Source: a phage
Length of the DNA: 50,192 nt
Direction: 5' to 3' (one strand)
Sequence record: PZ445416.1
Part shown: one piece after another, positions 45,924-50,192 of the stretch
How the letters are laid out: each line of letters begins with the position of its first letter
Numbering within the stretch: the first letter of the stretch is position 1
Program-made: the position numbers and the translations under genes
Notes under the pieces: model-generated
Told to the model about the DNA's origin: nothing
Seen by the model: the letters and a program-made list of their open reading frames with translations, nothing else
Databases searched by the model: none

Positions 45924-45950
45924 AACCTATCAAGGTGAATGCGCTATGAT
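45908..45950 (+). promoter_or_regulatory. Box-A cassette
   Basis: TAGCACGAATTGCTA, 22 bp, TATGAT. Confidence 0.6.
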
Positions 45951-45980
45951 TCCCCTACACCAACAAACGAGGAAACGATA

Positions 45981-46427
45981 ATGAAACACTTAATCTGCAT
46001 TGAAGCGCCTAACGATGAATACACTCTGCACGGCATTGGAATGTTCAAAGGTCACTACATGACAGCAAGTATTCATGATTCGCGTTGCGTCAATGGCGAT
46101 CTGATGATTACGTCAAAAGAAGTAAATCCGTACATTATGCAGAATCTTGGCAATAACGAATATATGGCCTATGGATGCAACGCAGTGTATAAGCACATTA
46201 AGATCCGCAAGCGCGTCGTGCGTGCATTCAAGAAGATTGCAATGAAGTACTGGAAGATGAGCAAGAAGGACGCCGGGCGCTGGGCGCGTAATGTTGCTGA
46301 CGCATACTTCTACCGTAACGGTGAGTCCTGCTACTTCCTGATCGATGAAATTATGGAAAACTACGGCGGCGACTTCAGCCAGTGCAGCTTTGACGATTGG
46401 GTTAATTATGAGATCAGTTGCTGGTAA
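45981..46427 (+). CDS. hypothetical protein
   Basis: Start moved to MKHLI after ACGAGGAAACG; Cys/Tyr/Trp-rich; stop followed immediately by Box A at 46428. Confidence 0.5.
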   Translation: MKHLICIEAPNDEYTLHGIGMFKGHYMTASIHDSRCVNGDLMITSKEVNPYIMQNLGNNEYMAYGCNAVYKHIKIRKRVVRAFKKIAMKYWKMSKKDAGRWARNVADAYFYRNGESCYFLIDEIMENYGGDFSQCSFDDWVNYEISCW

Positions 46428-46470
46428 TAGCACGAATTGCTAAAACTTGCTCAAGGGTATTTGATAGAAT
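46428..46470 (+). promoter_or_regulatory. Box-A cassette upstream of HAD phosphatase gene
   Basis: TAGCACGAATTGCTA, 22 bp, TGaTAGAAT, leader CCAATCAGAGGA. Confidence 0.6.
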
Positions 46471-46510
46471 GCCCTTCGTTGAGTTAAGCAACCAATCAGA
46501 GGAATAAATC

Positions 46511-47122
46511 ATGGATAAAATTACCATTTGGGGACAGACAATCAACCTGTTTCTCGGCACGCGCCGCGTAGCAATCTTTGACTTTGATGGAACACTTAGC
46601 GATGGATCTGGTCGACTTCACCTGCTACCTACAAAGGATTTGCAATTAACTGAAAGCTGGTCCGAGTTTAACCGCGCGGCAATATTTGATAACCCAATCA
46701 AGAGTACGATTGAAGTGATGAACTCTATGTTTGCCGCTGGGTATCATGTGATCATTTTAACCGGGCGAAGTGATGAGGTGCGTTACGCATCTGAGTTATG
46801 GCTTAAGCATCACGGCGCTCGATATGATTACTTAGTCATGCGACCGCATACCGACAACCGCAAAGACACGGTAATGAAAGAAGAGGCAGTGCGCGCGATC
46901 GGCATTGAGAACATTCTGGCGGCCTGGGATGACTCACCGCAAATTATTCCATTATTCCGCTCGCTTGGAATAACAACTTACGCTGTAGTTGACTATGGCG
47001 ATAACGTTCACAATCATTTAAAATCTCACGGGGTAGATGAGGTTTGCAATCATGAACCATCTGAGCCGCTACCGCCATTTGGTGAGAAAATTTGCATTAA
47101 GTGCAAGGAGTTATTGAAGTGA
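46511..47122 (+). CDS. HAD-family phosphatase (polynucleotide 3'-phosphatase-like)
   Basis: N-terminal DxDGT motif (IFDFDGTL) typical of HAD phosphatases such as the T4 Pnkp phosphatase domain; C-terminal CxxC pair. Confidence 0.65.
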   Translation: MDKITIWGQTINLFLGTRRVAIFDFDGTLSDGSGRLHLLPTKDLQLTESWSEFNRAAIFDNPIKSTIEVMNSMFAAGYHVIILTGRSDEVRYASELWLKHHGARYDYLVMRPHTDNRKDTVMKEEAVRAIGIENILAAWDDSPQIIPLFRSLGITTYAVVDYGDNVHNHLKSHGVDEVCNHEPSEPLPPFGEKICIKCKELLK

Positions 47123-47230
47123 ACCTATACGAATTTATTGCATCGCACCCGGTATTGACGGTTATCATTCTGCTAATCATCAATCACACTATCATCAATG
47201 TGGCAAAATTATTTTTAGGGAGATGCTAAC

Positions 47231-47803
47231 ATGAAAACAGCTATCATTTTAAACGGCGCACCTGGTGCGGGAAAGGACACTATCGGATGCATCCTGGCTG
47301 ACACTTACGATCACGTAGCGCTACGCAGCTTCAAAGCGCCAATGTTTGAGATTGCCCGAGCAATCCTGGGTGAGACTAATTTCGAGTATTTCATGTTCTT
47401 GTACGAGGACCGTCGCTATAAAGAAGAGCCAACATCAATCCTGAACGGTAAAAGCCCACGCCAGTTCATGATCTGGATTAGCGAGGAGGTCATCAAGCCG
47501 CAGTTCGGAAATCGCTTCTTCGGTATGCGAGCGGAAAGCAAGGTGAAAGAGTCGCACTCCCTTTCGGTATTTACTGACGGTGGATTCAAAGATGAGATCC
47601 TACAAATGATTGAAGGTGATATCCAGGTTAAGCTATGTCGAATCCATCGCAACGGTTGCAGCTTTGATAACGACAGCCGAGACTATATCTATCTTGACGA
47701 TATGATCGGGGTCAACGGTTATCAGGAATGTGACTTCTTTTCTGTCGAAGGCCATCCAGAAATTACCGCTCAGCACATAGCCGCCACGTTCATCAACAAA
47801 TAG
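47231..47803 (+). CDS. P-loop kinase (polynucleotide 5'-kinase / nucleotide kinase-like)
   Basis: Walker A LNGAPGAGKDT at residues 7-17; 190 aa; adjacent to the HAD phosphatase gene. Confidence 0.6.
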   Translation: MKTAIILNGAPGAGKDTIGCILADTYDHVALRSFKAPMFEIARAILGETNFEYFMFLYEDRRYKEEPTSILNGKSPRQFMIWISEEVIKPQFGNRFFGMRAESKVKESHSLSVFTDGGFKDEILQMIEGDIQVKLCRIHRNGCSFDNDSRDYIYLDDMIGVNGYQECDFFSVEGHPEITAQHIAATFINK

Positions 47804-47843
47804 CACGAATTGCTAAAACTTCGGTGGGGTGATTTGATATAGT
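47801..47843 (+). promoter_or_regulatory. Box-A cassette
   Basis: TAGCACGAATTGCTA (TAG is the kinase stop), 22 bp, TGaTATAGT, leader CATCGACAACGAAGAGAG. Confidence 0.6.
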
Positions 47844-47875
47844 TACCTCATCGACAACGAAGAGAGAAAATCGAA

Positions 47876-48085
47876 ATGATGGTATCAACTGATAAGTTTT
47901 TCACTTGCAATAAAACTTCTGAAGTATTCGAACTGGTTCATACTGATAATGGTGACTTCATGCATGACGGTTGCGACGTTTTCATTGAAGTGAAAGAAAG
48001 CGACTATGACGATGGGGTTTATTATAACCCGGCAGTGAACACTCAGTTTTTTACCCCGATCGAAGATGAAGGAGAAGAAGCATGA
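47876..48085 (+). CDS. hypothetical acidic protein
   Basis: 69 aa, RBS AGAGAGAAA, downstream of cassette 47801-47843. Confidence 0.5.
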   Translation: MMVSTDKFFTCNKTSEVFELVHTDNGDFMHDGCDVFIEVKESDYDDGVYYNPAVNTQFFTPIEDEGEEA

Positions 48086-48405
48086 TCACGATTAACCTGT
48101 CAGATAAACAAGCGCGTGAAATCCTCGACACTATCGGCGAACAGCTTCACGTAAAAGGCGCTACCGCTGAGATTCTTAACCAGATCGAAAGACAGCTAAC
48201 TCCGGTGTCGACGAATCAAGCTGAGTTCGCAGCATGGAAAAGCGAACGCATTACGCCAAATATTATCAAGGCATGGAAGCGCAAGCATAAAAAAGAAATC
48301 AATGTTGAGGATAAGCTAACGGAAGTTTTGAATAACTTCACTAAATATCAAATCGCATACATGGAAAGGGTAACAGGTTTTCATTTAATTAGTGGGGATA
48401 AATAA
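48082..48405 (+). CDS. hypothetical protein
   Basis: 107 aa, start overlaps upstream stop. Confidence 0.5.
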   Translation: MITINLSDKQAREILDTIGEQLHVKGATAEILNQIERQLTPVSTNQAEFAAWKSERITPNIIKAWKRKHKKEINVEDKLTEVLNNFTKYQIAYMERVTGFHLISGDK

Positions 48406-48635
48406 TGTTCGGTTTAAGCGAAGCGGAGTGGAACGTAGTAAAGCGTGCAGCTAAGGAATTAAACAAATTCGTCAGTGGAATGAAGAAAGAAGATCGTAAA
48501 AACGACAAGATCATGATTGACGTGATTTCGACTCACCACAAAAAGGTCGAGCTACTCATTGACCGATACAAATTTGTCTGGACTGCCGGGTATATTGCTG
48601 GGCGCGTAGGGAACAAAGAAGGGGATTACGAATAA
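48405..48635 (+). CDS. hypothetical protein
   Basis: 76 aa, start overlaps upstream stop. Confidence 0.5.
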   Translation: MFGLSEAEWNVVKRAAKELNKFVSGMKKEDRKNDKIMIDVISTHHKKVELLIDRYKFVWTAGYIAGRVGNKEGDYE

Positions 48636-48838
48636 TGGCTAACTTACCGAAGAAAGGCGAGCAGGTTCGATGTGTCACTTCACGCAATAGCGATGCTTTC
48701 TCAGCAGGGTGCGCGTACGATGTGGAAAAGGTTAGTAAATCAAAGAGATTGGTATTCGTATACGGCGATGATGGAAACCTGCACGAGATTGATTACCCGC
48801 AGGATATGACTAAGGGGCAATTCGAAATTAATGATTGA
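48635..48838 (+). CDS. hypothetical protein
   Basis: 67 aa, start overlaps upstream stop. Confidence 0.5.
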   Translation: MANLPKKGEQVRCVTSRNSDAFSAGCAYDVEKVSKSKRLVFVYGDDGNLHEIDYPQDMTKGQFEIND

Positions 48839-48864
48839 CCTAAATCCCTGAGCGGTGATAGTAT
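48835..48864 (+). promoter_or_regulatory. sigma70-type promoter with extended -10
   Basis: TTGACC (48835-48840), 18-bp spacer including TG, TAGTAT (48859-48864); followed by a ~135-nt structured untranslated region. Confidence 0.45.
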
Positions 48865-49002
48865 TAATCCCGTAGATAGACGAGGCGCAACTAAGCGCAA
48901 CGCGTGAGACGATTCTCACACTTCCAGCTAACAAGCTCGGTTGCATAGTGGTTAAGCAACGCCGCAGACCCGTAAGCGGCAACAATTCAAGAGGATTGCA
49001 TA

Positions 49003-49164
49003 ATGCAAAAAACTAAAGACGAATCAGTCAAAATTGAAATTAAAGTAACTCGCAACGGTGAAACCACTCGTTATAAAAAACGATTAAATCCTGGCGAGGC
49101 TGTTATTGGTCGCATTGCTGGCGTTATGATTAAGGCGCAGGAAGATGAAGCGATTCAAAGTTAA
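49003..49164 (+). CDS. small hypothetical protein (53 aa)
   Basis: ORF MQKTKDESVKIEIKVTRNGE... with RBS AAGAGGA; absent from the supplied track. Confidence 0.4.
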   Translation: MQKTKDESVKIEIKVTRNGETTRYKKRLNPGEAVIGRIAGVMIKAQEDEAIQS

Positions 49165-49330
49165 ATTAATTATTCGAAAGATGGGAATGTTTTGCCAGTC
49201 TTGCAAGCAATCTTTCGAAACTGAATTATCAGCAACCAGTCAGGCAGAAGCCATCACGAAAGCAAAAAAACTTTCCGGCGCTAACCTTGACACTCACAAA
49301 ATAAATATTGAATTAATCAAGGAGATTTAA
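49145..49330 (+). CDS. hypothetical protein
   Basis: 61 aa with CQSC motif; start uncertain (49145 overlaps previous ORF; alternative ATG at 49181). Confidence 0.35.
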   Translation: MKRFKVKLIIRKMGMFCQSCKQSFETELSATSQAEAITKAKKLSGANLDTHKINIELIKEI

Positions 49331-49331
49331 C

Positions 49332-49559
49332 ATGACAATTTTTTTATTGATTATCGCTGGTGTTGTTATTTTTGGTGCTGGTTTGTTTGCTGGCTTCGCA
49401 CTTGTTGCGGCAGCAATTGCGATGGACGCTAAGGATAAAACTGGTGTATGGCTGACATACTCGCCTAAGAAGGATCAATGGGAAATGACTGGCGACCTTG
49501 CTCACTGCTACTCTAAAGCTCAGACCCACCCTAAAGGCATTAAACGACGATTGTCGTGA
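49332..49559 (+). CDS. small membrane protein
   Basis: RBS AAGGAGA; N-terminal TM helix IFLLIIAGVVIFGAGLFAGFALVAAAI; followed by terminator. Confidence 0.5.
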   Translation: MTIFLLIIAGVVIFGAGLFAGFALVAAAIAMDAKDKTGVWLTYSPKKDQWEMTGDLAHCYSKAQTHPKGIKRRLS

Positions 49560-49569
49560 TAAACACTAA

Positions 49570-49590
49570 CCCGCTCCGGCGGGTTTTTTT
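49570..49590 (+). terminator. rho-independent terminator before TerS
   Basis: CCCGCTCCGGCGGG hairpin then TTTTTTT. Confidence 0.75.
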
Positions 49591-49610
49591 ATGCCTGCAA
49601 TATGGTAAAA

Positions 49611-49625
49611 TAGCACTAAATGTTA
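49611..49625 (+). promoter_or_regulatory. isolated Box-A site over the TerS leader
   Basis: TAGCACTAAATGTTA immediately downstream of extended -10-like TGgTAAAAT (49603-49611) and 18 nt before the TerS ATG. Confidence 0.5.
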
Positions 49626-49643
49626 AACAGAGAGGATGTATTT

Positions 49644-50168
49644 ATGAGTGAACCTAAGAACGCTCCCGTAGTCCAGGGGGGTAATTTCAAAGAGCTATAC
49701 AAGAAAAAGTTTGGCACTGTACTCGCGAAAAACCGGGCAATGACGCCTGAGCAATTATTCGATCTGTCAGTGAAGTATTTCGAATGGGCCGAGGACAACG
49801 CAATCAAGGCGTCAGAATCAGCCAGCTTTCAAGGTGGCGTTTATGAATCGCTTGTTCATAAGCCGCGCGTCTTCACCTGGACCGGATACCGACTGTTCAT
49901 CGGTGCAAGCGAGGCCGCAATCATTAAGTGGAAGCGAGAGGAAGAATACAGTGAGGTTATGGAGTTTGTGGAATCGGTAATCAACGAGCAAAAATTCCAG
50001 CTTGCCGCCAACGGTGTTATTAATGCCTCCTTTATCGGTAAGGATCTCGGAATCGATAAGCCAGCCTCAATCAATATCGAAAACTCGTCAGCTTCCGCAT
50101 CGACAGTAGTCGCCACTACTGAGGATGCAATGAAGGACGCAGTAAATAGCATTCTTGACATGCTTTAA
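49644..50168 (+). CDS. terminase small subunit
   Basis: Start at MSEPKN after AGAGAGGA; about 175 aa, directly precedes TerL in a circular reading of the window; assignment from position and remembered family resemblance. Confidence 0.6.
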   Translation: MSEPKNAPVVQGGNFKELYKKKFGTVLAKNRAMTPEQLFDLSVKYFEWAEDNAIKASESASFQGGVYESLVHKPRVFTWTGYRLFIGASEAAIIKWKREEEYSEVMEFVESVINEQKFQLAANGVINASFIGKDLGIDKPASINIENSSASASTVVATTEDAMKDAVNSILDML

Positions 50169-50192
50169 CGTTAGGGGCGCGCGAGCGCCCAC

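Noticed and set aside
27162-47843. Box A repeats as a possible CRISPR array
   Set aside because: Copies are hundreds to thousands of bp apart, sit in intergenic gaps on both strands co-oriented with genes, and are separated by protein-coding sequence rather than regular short spacers; no cas genes are present.
48920-48990. tRNA-like sequence (D-arm-like TTGCATAGTGGTTAAGCAA followed by a stem-loop)
   Set aside because: No T-arm with a GTTC-type loop and no 3' strand complementary to the putative acceptor stem; the anticodon-position loop would be 10 nt. More likely stem-loops in an untranslated leader.
1-50192. Lysogeny module (integrase, CI-like repressor, attachment site)
   Set aside because: No tyrosine or serine recombinase signature and no repressor/antirepressor pair found on either strand; the content is consistent with a virulent phage.

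Overview
The window reads as a complete or near-complete genome of a virulent T1-like siphovirus (Drexlerviridae-type gene order), linearised between the small and large terminase genes. This assignment rests on motif recognition and synteny from memory; no database search could be run. Layout: 1-20.6 kb is a plus-strand late module (TerL, portal, Mu-F-like head protein, scaffold, two paralogous decoration-like proteins, major capsid, neck proteins, major tail protein, frameshifted tail chaperone, tape measure, M/L/K/I/J-like tail tip proteins). Then a minus-strand Cor-like lipoprotein, a 0.5 kb AT-rich non-coding hub, a recombination module (PD-(D/E)xK exonuclease, Erf, SSB), an inverted tail-fibre gene with a C-terminal autocleaving chaperone domain, primase, HTH protein, helicase, VRR-NUC, Dam-like methyltransferase, HTH-metallophosphoesterase and a holin/endolysin/u-spanin lysis cassette. 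A leftward early cluster (34.2-39.9 kb, minus strand) and a rightward early cluster (40.5-49.6 kb, plus strand) diverge from a second AT-rich hub at 39.9-40.5 kb; both are mostly small genes of unknown function, plus a C5-methyltransferase-like gene, a 523-aa P-loop protein, a split kinase/phosphatase pair and an ASCH-like protein. TerS closes the window. No integrase, repressor, tRNA or CRISPR array was found. The most striking feature is a rigid regulatory cassette present in 19 full copies: a 15-bp palindrome TAGCA-N5-TGCTA (Box A), exactly 22-23 bp, a TATAGT-like hexamer, and a conserved leader, with Box A often starting at the stop codon of the upstream gene. Five further Box A copies occur alone, including one over the TerS leader. 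I could not identify a discrete novel defence or anti-defence system with confidence; the Box A regulon and the uncharacterised leftward early cluster are the best candidates for undescribed biology.
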